From assembly GCA_905197595.1 (NCBI GenBank), contig CAJJZM010000001.1, positions 2,592-66,591 of the forward strand: 64,000 bases of DNA, read 5' to 3'. A program made the position numbers and the translations under genes. This document shows positions 39,590-49,858 of this stretch, piece by piece. Source of the stretch: an uncultured Collinsella sp. Its GTDB lineage: Bacteria > Actinomycetota > Coriobacteriia > Coriobacteriales > Coriobacteriaceae. Numbering within the stretch: the first letter of the stretch is position 1; each line of letters opens with the position of its first letter. Under the pieces are notes generated by a model. The model was given only the letters and a program-made list of their open reading frames with translations, was not told the origin of the DNA and did no database searches.

Positions 39590-40468
39590 GTGTACGATCG
39601 ACGACTTGAGGCCATATCGGCCGCCGCGGAGCTGGGAAGTTTCTCGCGTGCCGCGGCAAAGCTGCGCGTGTCGACGCCGGCACTCGTCAAGCAGGTTTCG
39701 GGCTTCGAGGCCGAGTTCGGCATCACGCTGTTCGAGCGCTCGCATTCGGGCGTCAAGGTGACGCCGGCTGGTGCGCTACTGGTGGACGACGCGCGCTCGA
39801 TCATGCGCCAGTCTGAGGACGCACTGCGTCGTGCCCGGCGCGCGGCGGGCGATGGCGGTGCGGTGCGCCTGGGCGTGTCGATGATGTGCCCGGGGCGCCA
39901 GACACTGTCGATGTGGACGGGCGTGCACGAGCTGGAGCCATCGCTGCGATTTGAAATCGTGCCGGTAAGCGATCTCTACGACGAGCGCGAGACCGTCATG
40001 CGTAGCTTGGGCCGCGAGGTCGATGTGGTGCAATCGAGTTTTTCTACCCCACGCTGGGGTGATGCCTGCCAAAAGCTCCGCATTGTCAACGTGCCGTTTT
40101 ATATCGATCTGCCGCGCACGAGCCCGCTGGCACGCAAGAACCGTATTTCGATCGCCGACTTGGAGGGTATGCGTCTGCGCGTACTGCGCCACGGCAACGA
40201 CGCCATGGACAGCCTGCGCATCGACCTTTTGGCCGACGGCGGCGTGGACGTGATCGACGTGGATAGCTTTGACTTTGCGCTTTTTAACGAGGCAGAGGAA
40301 AAGGGCGACGCGGTGCTCACCTGCGGCGCATGGTCGGGTGTGCACCCGGCCTTTGTGGGCGTGCCGTTCCTATGCGGCCGCGAGGTGCCGGTCTTCTTGC
40401 ACTACCCGCTCGAGCCCACCCTCCAAGTCCAAAAATTCGTCAACGCCATGGCACAACTTCTCAAATAG
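39590..40468 (+). CDS. LysR family regulator, divergent from the SDR operon
   Basis: GSFSRAA.KL.VSTPAL.KQV..E...G..LFER....V..TPAG. GTG 39590 follows GGGAG. Confidence 0.9.
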   Translation: MYDRRLEAISAAAELGSFSRAAAKLRVSTPALVKQVSGFEAEFGITLFERSHSGVKVTPAGALLVDDARSIMRQSEDALRRARRAAGDGGAVRLGVSMMCPGRQTLSMWTGVHELEPSLRFEIVPVSDLYDERETVMRSLGREVDVVQSSFSTPRWGDACQKLRIVNVPFYIDLPRTSPLARKNRISIADLEGMRLRVLRHGNDAMDSLRIDLLADGGVDVIDVDSFDFALFNEAEEKGDAVLTCGAWSGVHPAFVGVPFLCGREVPVFLHYPLEPTLQVQKFVNAMAQLLK

Positions 40469-40518
40469 CTCATTTGGGGCGGGGCTTTTTTAGCTACTTT
40501 CGCCGCACTACCAGCACA

Positions 40519-40542
40519 ATGCGAAAAATGATGCGAAAAATG
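40519..40542 (+). repeat. 12-bp tandem direct repeat upstream of the pilus locus
   Basis: ATGCGAAAAATG x2. Confidence 0.7.
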
Positions 40543-40666
40543 ACTGCAAATCGGTCACGCATGATTTTGCTTTTGCCCTGGGCTGGTTGTAGAATCAAAA
40601 AGCTTAAACGAACTACTTGTGCAGCTTGCGCGAAAGCTCGGGCTGCGGCTGGGGGGGGATGCGCCC

Positions 40667-43600
40667 GTGCAGGGTCCTTTCGGTCATATTGCGTCGATGC
40701 GCCGCACCTTTATGATGTTGGCAGCGGCCTTATGCGTGTTCGTTATGGCCGGGGGGGGTGCCCTCGCGCGCGTACGGTGACGATGGCAACCTTATAACAA
40801 ACCCAAACTTTCTTAACCAAGCTACTGGCTGGTCGACGACCTCTCCGAATGAGAGAATCGGCGAGACGATGAAGCTCGAGCTTTCCACGCAGCTCCTCAA
40901 GCCCCAAACGAACACCAAACAAGCTAACGGCGATCGCTTTGCGCTTGCGTGGAATTTTAGGCCACAGGGCACCAATCTTTATTTTGAACCTGGATCAACC
41001 TACACCACCTTTTCCACCCAGAGCGGCGCCACGTACGAGTGGGGCCTAAACCATCGCGCCGCAACCGACCACGACGTGCTGATGCTCACGATGGGTCCTC
41101 AACAGGAGAATCTGTCGATTAACAGCGCGGGCCAAGACCAGCTCATGCAGCTGCGGGCTTGGCTTAAGGCGCAGGTCAAGATGCCCCAGGGAAATACCGT
41201 TGAGCGGTACACCGTCTACAGCGATCCCTTTGCCGAAAATGGCGGCTTTGCTGGTAACAGCGCTGATGGATCCCACTTCTCGTTTGAGCGGAGCGACGGC
41301 CGCATCGCGCTTTCGGTGTGGCTCGTAAGCTCTAACGGACAGGGTTGGTTCTCCTTTGGCACCAACAGCACGCATTATTATCGAGATCTTCCCGAGGAAG
41401 ACGATGAGTTTGCCTATCAGGCTGACTATACCGCAGCGTCCGACAAAACGATGCTTGCGCTGACTTGCTACGATTCAAATCTTACGGGGGAGAACGAACA
41501 ATACCGGGAGTGGTTTGGTAATCTGGTCAACGACGTTCACGTGGAAAAGCAGGGCACACGCGACATCTATAGCGACTTTGCCAAGGTGTATCAGGAAAAT
41601 TCGTCCGAGACCATGACAACGCTCACAAACTATGCGTTCTCGACCTCGAATCTTAAGAACGAGAATACGAACATTGCTAACGGCAGCTTTGAAGAGGATA
41701 TACATCTAGGGAACCAGAGGCCCAGCAAGTTTACGTTGTGCTCGCCCCATTGGCGTACGACCGAGACAGACCATCGTATCGAGATCGTTGCCCAGAACGA
41801 CTACTATATCGACCCAGCTGGGCATTCTGTTACGTTTACGCCCTCCGATGGTGACTATGCAGCCGAGCTCAACGCACACGAGGCGAGTTCGCTCTACCAA
41901 TATGTGACGACCGAGCCGGGAAAACAGTACGAGTGGGGGCTCGACCACCGCGGCCGCTCGGGTCGAGACGCCATGGCCCTTATCATCGGTCCGCGACAAG
42001 AAAACGAGCCGTACAATGACAATCAAAAGGCACTCGATCAGTACCAGCAAATTGTTCAATGGATTCAAATGAGCGTCGATAACTATGTCGGCTTGGATGT
42101 GGTCAATTTTTCCCAATCAGGCTGCAGCAAAAAGATCATTCTGTATTCAACTAAGTTTGACAAAGTGGGCGGATTTGCCAATGCGTCCAGCGGAAGCGCG
42201 TTCTCATGGACGGCCGATGCGGAGCATACCGAAAAATGGTGCGTATGGATTATGGCGTCCGAAAACGACGCTTGGGCTTCCTACGGTTCCAACGCGCTCG
42301 AGCAGAACAAAAAGGTTGACTACGACTATACCTACACCATTCCGGATGGCCAAACCCAGAGCGTCTTTGCTTTTGTGGCCTACAACACGGCCAACGGGAG
42401 CAATTCGATCGGCAACTTCCTCGACAATATCTCGTTTAGGGAGTTCTATCGCATCGAGACGTACACGACGCCCAACGGAAGCGGAACGTATTTTTATAAA
42501 GCCGATACCAAGACGGCGGACTTTACCTATGCCAAAAACTACGTAGGTAAACAGGAGAAGAACTCCTACTTTATGGTCGACGCCAAGCGCGATGACGGGG
42601 CAGTCTTTATCGGTGCTTTTGTCAACGGCGAGTTCTATTCCGCAGACGACGTGGCGCACTGGACCGAATTGGACGATGACACCTATCGCTTTAAGGTCGA
42701 CAAGGTCACAAAGCACTACAAAGTGCACCTCGTGTTTTCCAAGGCAGGCGTTCAATACGATGTGAACGGCGGCAAAGCGTATCACTATGATCCGTCCGTT
42801 GAATCCACGGGCGATTTCGTGCAGCTTTCTGGTGCGGGAGCGAGCTATACCTCCCATGCTGCCGAAGGGCAAAACGACGGCTGGAAGTTTATGGGCTGGG
42901 AGTACGCGGGCTCGGGAAAATCCATTCGTTTTGACGGAGAGCACACAGTGACCCATACGGCTCCCGAGGGCACCACGGATTCCGGCACTCTTACCATTAA
43001 GGGCAAGAAGGTCGATTCGGATACCGGTGCTGCGGGCGATGCGGTAACGGTCAAAAACATTCCCGAGAGCCAAGGTGCGACATTCGTGGCGCAATGGAAG
43101 TATCGCCAGGCCTTTGTTGCCCAGCTTAAAAATGCCGATGGCACGTGGAGCAACGTAACGACGGGCGGCACGGTCAGCTCCAAGCTTAAGGGGGCAAAGG
43201 GCTCCATTGATGCGGGGGATCGCTCGGGCAAGGACGCCGACGCGTACAAAACCTCGGGTATCGCCTACTTTGTGGACGACGGCACGTTTGTGGAGGCGGT
43301 GGCCGCTCCCAAGGAGGGCTATCACTTTGAGGGTTGGTACGACCTATCGAATCCGGACGCCCCGGAGCTGCTGTCGTCTTCACCCACCTATACGTACAAC
43401 GTAAAAGACCGCATTACGGGATGCGTATACGCACGATTCACCCCGCGCACCTACACACTCAAGGTTTCCAAGAGCGTTACGGGCAATATGGGCGACAAGC
43501 GTGCCTACTTTAAGATGACGGCGACCTTTACGGGTCTCAAGGCTGGTCAGACCTACGCCATCGAGTATTCGGATGCGTCTGCCCAGGGCAGCCATGTGCT

Positions 43601-44000
43601 CGTGGCGCGACCGAATGATCAGGCTGAGACCGTGGAAAACAAGACGGCCTTTACGGCCGACGACCGGGGCAAGGCGACCGTGCCGTTTGCCGTTAAGGAC
43701 GGCCTGATCGTTTCGATTAAAACGCTGGATTACAACGCGACCTATACCGTGAGCGAAGACGATTACTCTTCGTTGGGGTACCAAGCCGAGCTTACAGGTG
43801 CGAGCGGCACCCTCAACGGTCCGCGTGTGACTGTTGCCGTTGAAGCTAAGGCCACCAATTCTCGACAGGTCGCGGTGCCTACGGGCATTACGCGCAACCC
43901 CATCTATGCCCTGGCGATTTTGGCCGCCGGCGTGCTGTTGGCTACGGGCATGGTTGCGCTGCGTTTACACCGCGGCTCCAAGAGGGGCGGGCGCCTATGA
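40667..44000 (+). CDS. Sortase-B-type pilus tip adhesin, interrupted by a frameshift in a G8 tract at 40751-40758
   Basis: Signal peptide MRRTFMMLAAALCVFVMAGG (ATG 40697, possible GTG 40667) is out of frame with the 1080-codon body VPSRAYG-DD... Body has two tandem CBM-like domains, FxGWY repeats, a pilin Ig domain and VPTG-TM-basic tail. Confidence 0.8.
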
Positions 44001-44629
44001 GAAGACATGGCGCCAGCAATGCTGGTGATGGGCCAGCCGCACGAGCGGCCCCGCAGGGAAGACCCCGGGGCTCGCGGTATTCGGCCGCGTCGAACGTGAG
44101 GTTGGGCGCCCATGCGGCGCCAGGCCTGGGGAAAGCGGACGACCGGCGCGATATCGTGGGCTTTCTGGCGCGCCTGGCATTTTTTGTCGTGACGCTCTGG
44201 CTGCTCTTTGGCGTGGTCTTGGGCGTGGGCGCAGTCACAACTGGCGAGATGGCCCCGCGTATCTGTTCGGGTGACGTCATGCTCTACTGGAGGCTCAGCC
44301 AGGGCTTCAACGAGGGTGACGTGGTGGTATACACCGCGGATGGCGAAGAGCGCCTGGGCCGCGTGGTTGCCCGTCCCGGCGATGAGGTCACGATTACCGA
44401 GGCAGGCGAGCTCATGGTTAACGGGGCCGTTGTGGTGGAAAGCGATATCTCTACGCCGACGCCGCGCTATGAGTCCGCTGTGGACTATCCCGTGCATCTG
44501 GGAACAGATGAGTTCTTTGTGCTGGCAGATCTGCGTGAGGGCGGGCACGACAGCCGCCTGTACGGCCCGATTGCCCGTTCGCAGATCAAAGGCAACGTAA
44601 TCAGCGTGCTGCGCAGGTCGAACCTGTAG
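43997..44629 (+). CDS. Signal peptidase I-fold pilus assembly protein (SipA/LepA-like), catalytic dyad lost
   Basis: GEMAP..SGD and LGRVVA.PGD replace SMxP and KRxxG; FFVLAD.R...DSRLYG.I retained. Confidence 0.8.
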   Translation: MRRHGASNAGDGPAARAAPQGRPRGSRYSAASNVRLGAHAAPGLGKADDRRDIVGFLARLAFFVVTLWLLFGVVLGVGAVTTGEMAPRICSGDVMLYWRLSQGFNEGDVVVYTADGEERLGRVVARPGDEVTITEAGELMVNGAVVVESDISTPTPRYESAVDYPVHLGTDEFFVLADLREGGHDSRLYGPIARSQIKGNVISVLRRSNL

Positions 44630-44680
44630 GCACAAAGATTGGTTTTATTAAGGGCATATGCCCGAGAGGAAGGATGCAAA

Positions 44681-45769
44681 ATGAAAACTGGAAAGAGGCG
44701 GCTGGCAGCATTTGCAGTCGTGGCTGCCACGATGCTGCTGGCTTTGGTGGGAGTTGCTGCGCCTGCGTGGGCGGAGGAGGGCTCCAAACTGCCGGTAACT
44801 GACAACAGGGTCACGATCACCTCGACGCTTACCATGAATGAGAATGCCGTGGTGCCTAATGCGACGTTTAACTATTCGATCGCGCCTGAGACGAGTGAGC
44901 GCACGAGTACGAGTGGTATGCCCGTTACTCCTGGTGTGGAAGATGCCGTCACGCTTTCGCCGACTTCCGTTAATTTTTCCAACAAAGGCCTTACAAGCAC
45001 AGAGAATACCGGTGAGAAGACTAAGACAATAACCGCCAAGCTGAGTGCCGAAATTAAAACCTCTCTATTCAAGGCTCCGGGCATCTATCGATACAAAATT
45101 ACGCAGACGCCGTCAGAGCTGGACGGTCTCAACGTTACATACAAGGAGCTCTTCCTGGATGTTTACGTAGAAAACGAAGAGAATGGCGGTTCGGGCTATG
45201 TTGTAAATGGTTGTACTCTTAGCGACAAACCAAGCTCGGGTAGGAAGGCTGCAGGCTTTGAGAACGAATATGCCACCTATAAGTTGACCATCAAAAAGAT
45301 CGTTGCCGGTAACCAGGGTGAGAAGGATAAGGACTTTGACTTTACCTTCACGATTAAAGGCGCTGACGGGGAGAGCTATGAGTACGCCACTGTGAAAAAC
45401 GGTGCTACCGCCATGAGCCAAACTCCAGCTACGTCGGGAACTGCGGTTACCGTAAGCCTTAAGCACGAAGAATCCGTCATCGTTTACGGTCTCTCATCGA
45501 ACGATACATACGCCATAAATGAGACAGATTACAGTAGCGCCGGTTATAAGACGTCGTATAAGATCGGTGAATCCGGCACCGAGGTAGAGGGTAAAGTTAT
45601 TGAAGCGACGCCTATCGGCGCTTCCAACACCCTTGTGGCCTTTACCAACACCAAGGATGTTACCGTTCCGACCGATGTTATTCGGACGGTCGTTCCCTAT
45701 GCGGCAATCGTCGCGTTTGCTGCTGTGATGGGCGTGGTCTTCTTCCGTCCTCGTCGTAACCGCCGTTAA
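44681..45769 (+). CDS. Major (backbone) pilin, Spy0128/FctA-like
   Basis: Signal peptide ending AWA; F..PGIYRYKITQ, LTIKKIVAGNQG..DF.F, LKHEES, FTN; VPTD-TM-RPRRNRR tail. Confidence 0.82.
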   Translation: MKTGKRRLAAFAVVAATMLLALVGVAAPAWAEEGSKLPVTDNRVTITSTLTMNENAVVPNATFNYSIAPETSERTSTSGMPVTPGVEDAVTLSPTSVNFSNKGLTSTENTGEKTKTITAKLSAEIKTSLFKAPGIYRYKITQTPSELDGLNVTYKELFLDVYVENEENGGSGYVVNGCTLSDKPSSGRKAAGFENEYATYKLTIKKIVAGNQGEKDKDFDFTFTIKGADGESYEYATVKNGATAMSQTPATSGTAVTVSLKHEESVIVYGLSSNDTYAINETDYSSAGYKTSYKIGESGTEVEGKVIEATPIGASNTLVAFTNTKDVTVPTDVIRTVVPYAAIVAFAAVMGVVFFRPRRNRR

Positions 45770-45789
45770 AACAGCGAGGATTACAGCCG

Positions 45790-46524
45790 ATGGAGCTTAA
45801 ACGCATAGCTCGGCTGGCGAGAGCCGGCGACCGCGTGCTTACGTGGTTTGCCGGCTTTCTCGTGCTGCTCATGCTGCTGTACGGTGGCTATTCGCTGTGG
45901 GATACAAACAACGTTATGAACGGTGGGTTCATCAGCGACGAGCTACTGCGCTACAAACCCACCGGGACCAACGATTGCGCACGCCTGCAGGATCTGATGG
46001 CCAAAAATCCCGACGTGGTCGGATGGGTCACCATCGATGGCACCAACATCGACTATCCCTTTGTTCAGGGAAAAGATAACCAGGAATACCTCAACAAAAA
46101 CGTGTTGGGGGAGTCCGCGGTTTCGGGAGCGGTGTTTTTGGATGCGCGCAACAGCCGTGCGATGACCGATTCCTACAATCTGCTCTATGCACACCACATG
46201 GATAACGGTGCAATGTTTGGCGATGTCGACCGGTTTTTAGACAGGGGCTTCTTTGAGGCGCACCGCACGGGCACGCTCTACACAAAGGATGGGGCGTTCC
46301 GCCTGCGCATCGTTGCCGTGTGCTCGTTTGCTGCGAGTGATGACATTATCTTTGGGCCGGGAAACCTGGACCAAGCTTCGATGCAGACGTTGCTCACGCA
46401 TATCTCGCAGACGGCGGTGCACGCGGATATGGATGACGTTGGCCCTGATTCGCGCATCGTCGCGCTTTCTACCTGCAGTGATAAAACAAACGGGCGCCGA
46501 GCACTTATAGCAGAGGTCTTGTAG
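45790..46524 (+). CDS. srtB: Class B (pilin-polymerising) sortase
   Basis: NPDVVGWVTIDGTNIDYP, DNQEYL, GAVFLD, YAHHM..G.MFG and LSTC...R motifs. Confidence 0.92.
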   Translation: MELKRIARLARAGDRVLTWFAGFLVLLMLLYGGYSLWDTNNVMNGGFISDELLRYKPTGTNDCARLQDLMAKNPDVVGWVTIDGTNIDYPFVQGKDNQEYLNKNVLGESAVSGAVFLDARNSRAMTDSYNLLYAHHMDNGAMFGDVDRFLDRGFFEAHRTGTLYTKDGAFRLRIVAVCSFAASDDIIFGPGNLDQASMQTLLTHISQTAVHADMDDVGPDSRIVALSTCSDKTNGRRALIAEVL

Positions 46525-46666
46525 CTCATTGAATATCCCGATTAAGCTGCGCCCCATAGGCTGCATCAAGTTTGAGGCTCTCGATCCATCATGGTAGAGT
46601 TGTCCGCGCGTGAATTTCGGCACACTGCGCGCTATCTGCGCTTTCACCGTTTGGAGGAGTGGGCTT

Positions 46667-47758
46667 GTGAAAACATCTGTCGCTAAGAAGGCCAGCCGGG
46701 CGGTGTGTCTGCTCATGATGGTGCTCACGGCAGTTCTCATCTTCTTCTTCATCAATGTCATGCTGCTCGTCTCCGACATCCAGGGCACGGCGCGCGTGGT
46801 CAACTACGCCGGTCTGGTGCGCGGCACCACGCAGCGAATCGTTAAGCTCGAGGACGCGGGCCAGCCACAAGACGACCTGCTCGAGGCTGTGGATTCATAC
46901 ATTAATGGCTTGCGCTATGGAAGCGAGGACCTCAATCTCGTCCGTCTCGATGACGACGAATATCAGGTAAAAATGACTGAGCTTGCTGACTATTTTGGCG
47001 AGCTTCGCACCGAGATTGCCCGTGTGCGCGAAGTCGGCTACGAGAACACCGACATCATTGCCATGAGCGAGGAGTTCTTTGGCATTTGCGACGATGCCAC
47101 GAGGCTCGCGGAGGACTACTCCCAGGAGAAGGCGACGGCGCTCAATCGTCTTGAGGGCTTGGTGATCATCGATATCGTAGGCTTGGTGGCGACCTTTGCG
47201 GTCGAACTTGCTCGCGCGGTGCGCACCGCCGCGCTCAATCGCGAGCTGCAGAACAAGGTCTATCTCGACGAAGCCACGGGACTGCCCAACAAGAACAAGT
47301 GCGAGGAGATCTTGGGGCGAGAGCGCCCCGTTTCCGCCGAAGCGCCCGTTGCACTGTGCGTATTCGATCTGAACAATCTGCATACGGTCAATAACAACTT
47401 TGGCCACGAGAAGGGCGACGAGTACATCCGTTCTTTTGCCCATCAGCTGGGGCGCGTGGCGTCCGAGACCTGCTTTGTGGGCCGCGACGGCGGCGATGAG
47501 TTTATCGCGGTGCTGTGGGATGCCGATCGAGCCGCCGTGGAGTCCTGTCTCGCTCGAGTTCGTGCGAACGTGAACGAGTATTCCGAGGCTCACCCCGACA
47601 TGCCTATCAGCTATGCGGTGGGTTATGCGCTTTCTAGTGATTATGATGAACCGCCTACGATGCGCGAGCTCTTTTCCCAGGCCGACAAAAACATGTACAT
47701 CGACAAGAACCGCGTAAAGACAGCTGAGGCAGCCGGGCTGCAGCGCGAGGAACGGTAA
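46667..47758 (+). CDS. Membrane-bound diguanylate cyclase (2 TM, PilJ/NarX-like sensor)
   Basis: VNYAGLVRG.TQR; D.ATGLPN, DLNNL..VN..FGH..GD, RDGGDEF and ADKNMY motifs. Confidence 0.9.
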   Translation: MKTSVAKKASRAVCLLMMVLTAVLIFFFINVMLLVSDIQGTARVVNYAGLVRGTTQRIVKLEDAGQPQDDLLEAVDSYINGLRYGSEDLNLVRLDDDEYQVKMTELADYFGELRTEIARVREVGYENTDIIAMSEEFFGICDDATRLAEDYSQEKATALNRLEGLVIIDIVGLVATFAVELARAVRTAALNRELQNKVYLDEATGLPNKNKCEEILGRERPVSAEAPVALCVFDLNNLHTVNNNFGHEKGDEYIRSFAHQLGRVASETCFVGRDGGDEFIAVLWDADRAAVESCLARVRANVNEYSEAHPDMPISYAVGYALSSDYDEPPTMRELFSQADKNMYIDKNRVKTAEAAGLQREER

Positions 47759-47779
47759 GCTTGTAACAAAGGGCATAGA

Positions 47780-47814
47780 AAAGCCTCCGCAGCTCGTGTG
47801 GCTACGGAGGCTTT
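47780..47814. terminator. Terminator-like hairpin
   Basis: AAAGCCTCCGCAGC...GCTACGGAGGCTTT. Confidence 0.65.
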
Positions 47815-47845
47815 ATTCGTTGCGGCGCATTGCGTTTGGGTCGTT

Positions 47846-47927
47846 GAGATGAGCCGATTTGCCCCGAAAGAGGAGGGCATTGACCTTAGGGTCATGCCCG
47901 ACGAATGAGCGGCAAATCGGCCATCTC
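47846..47927. repeat. Hairpin element C, copy 1
   Basis: Outer arms GAGATGAGCCGATTTGCC / GGCAAATCGGCCATCTC; core 47867-47911 is an inverted copy of 52358-52402. Confidence 0.8.
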
Positions 47928-47938
47928 GGCGAGCCGAA

Positions 47939-49858
47939 CTACTCCAGCTCAAACGCTCCGGTATAGAGCTGATAGTAGTATCCGCGCTTGGCGATCAGCT
48001 CGTCGTGGTTGCCGCGCTCGATGATGCGGCCGTGGTCCAGGCAGATAATCGCATCGGAGTTGCGCACGGTGGACAGGCGATGCGCGATGACAAACGTCGT
48101 GCGGCCCTCCATGAGCTTGTCCATGCCCGCTTGCACGATAGCCTCGGTGCGGGTGTCGATGCTCGATGTGGCCTCGTCCAGGATCATCGCCGGCGGATCG
48201 GCGACAGCGGCGCGCGCGATCGAGATTAGCTGGCGCTGGCCCTGCGACAGCTGCGCGCCGTTGCCGGTGAGCATCGTGTCGTAGCCGTCGGGCAGGCGGG
48301 TGATAAAGTCGTCGGCGCCGGCGAGCTTGGCCGCCGCGATGCACTCCTCGTCGGTGGCGCTCAGGTTGCCGTAGCGGATGTTATCCATCACAGTGCCGGT
48401 GAACAGGTTCACGTCCTGCAGCACCACGCCCAGCGAACGGCGCAGATCGGCCTTGCGAATCTTGTTGACGTTGATACCGTCATAGCGAATCTTGCCGTCG
48501 GCAATGTCGTAGAAGCGGTTAATAAGGTTGGTGATGGTCGTCTTGCCGGCACCGGTGGCGCCGACAAACGCGACCTTCTGGCCAGGCTTGGCAAACACGG
48601 ACACGCCGTGCAGCACCTCGTGGTCGGGCGTGTAGCCAAAGTCGACGTTGTCCATGACCAGGTCGCCGCGCAGCGGTACGTACCCAATCTCGCCGGTGGC
48701 GCGGTGCGGATGCTTCCATGCCCACATGCCGGTGTGGTGGTCGGCCTCCTCGAGCTCCCATGTCTCGGGGTTCACCTGCGCGTTGACGAGTGTCACGTAG
48801 CCCTCGTCGGCCTCGGGCTTCTCGTCGATGAGCTCAAAGATGCGGTCGGCGCCGGCGAGGCCCATGACCACGGCGTTGATCTGCTGCGAGATCTGACCGA
48901 TCTGTCCGCAGAACTGCTTGGTCATGTTGAGGAACGGCACCACGACGGCGATGGACAGCGCCATGCCCGAGATGCTCAGGTTGGGCACGCCCAGCGCCAG
49001 GAAAATGCCGCCGGCAAGGGCCACCAGCACGTAGAGCAGGTTGCCCAGGTTCATAAGGATGGGCATGAGGATGTTGGCGTACATGTTGGCCTTCTGGGAG
49101 ACCTCGAAGAGCTTTTCGTTGCGCTCGTCAAAATCGGCCTCGGCGGCAGACTCGTGGCAGAACGCCTTGACGACCTTCTGGCCGTTCATGACCTCCTCGA
49201 TATGGCCCTCGACCACGCCAAGCTCGGTCTGCTGCGCAATGAAGAAGCGCGCGGAGTTGGATCCGAGCAGCTTGGTCATAAAGGTCATAAAGGCGACGCC
49301 GGCGATGATGACCAAGCACATCCACACGCTGTAGTACAGCATGATAAAGAACACCGTGACGATGATGATGATCGTCATGAGCAGGTTGGGCAGCGACTGG
49401 CTGATCATCTGACGCAGCGTGTCGATGTCGTTGGTGTAGTGGCTCATGATATCGCCGCGCTGGTGCGTGTCGAAGTAGCGGATCGGCAGGTCCTGCATGC
49501 GGTTGAACATCATCTCGCGCAGCTTCTCGAGCGAGCCCTGCGTGACGATAGCCATGGCGCGGTTCCAGAAGAGCGAGGACAGGACGCCGACGCCGTAGAT
49601 GCAGGCGAGGGTGGTCACGAGCTGTGCGATCTTGGGCTGTGCGGCTTCCCAATCGCCCGACTGCCACGATTCGCTAATAATTTGCAGGGCGCTCTGCAGG
49701 AAGGTCGCGCCGATGGAGTTGATGATGGCGCAGAGCACCACGCCGGCGACGACGAGGGGCAAAAGCACAGGATAGAAGCCAAAGAGCGTCTTGATGAGGC
49801 GCGACATGGTGCCGCCCTTGCGGTTGAGCGCGCGCTCGGCGGTCGTTGCCTTACTCAT
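47939..49858 (-). CDS. ABC exporter subunit (TMD+NBD, consensus site)
   Basis: GATGAGKTT, LSQGQRQ, ILDEATS and IAHRLST motifs. Confidence 0.93.
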   Translation of the reverse strand: MSKATTAERALNRKGGTMSRLIKTLFGFYPVLLPLVVAGVVLCAIINSIGATFLQSALQIISESWQSGDWEAAQPKIAQLVTTLACIYGVGVLSSLFWNRAMAIVTQGSLEKLREMMFNRMQDLPIRYFDTHQRGDIMSHYTNDIDTLRQMISQSLPNLLMTIIIIVTVFFIMLYYSVWMCLVIIAGVAFMTFMTKLLGSNSARFFIAQQTELGVVEGHIEEVMNGQKVVKAFCHESAAEADFDERNEKLFEVSQKANMYANILMPILMNLGNLLYVLVALAGGIFLALGVPNLSISGMALSIAVVVPFLNMTKQFCGQIGQISQQINAVVMGLAGADRIFELIDEKPEADEGYVTLVNAQVNPETWELEEADHHTGMWAWKHPHRATGEIGYVPLRGDLVMDNVDFGYTPDHEVLHGVSVFAKPGQKVAFVGATGAGKTTITNLINRFYDIADGKIRYDGINVNKIRKADLRRSLGVVLQDVNLFTGTVMDNIRYGNLSATDEECIAAAKLAGADDFITRLPDGYDTMLTGNGAQLSQGQRQLISIARAAVADPPAMILDEATSSIDTRTEAIVQAGMDKLMEGRTTFVIAHRLSTVRNSDAIICLDHGRIIERGNHDELIAKRGYYYQLYTGAFELE

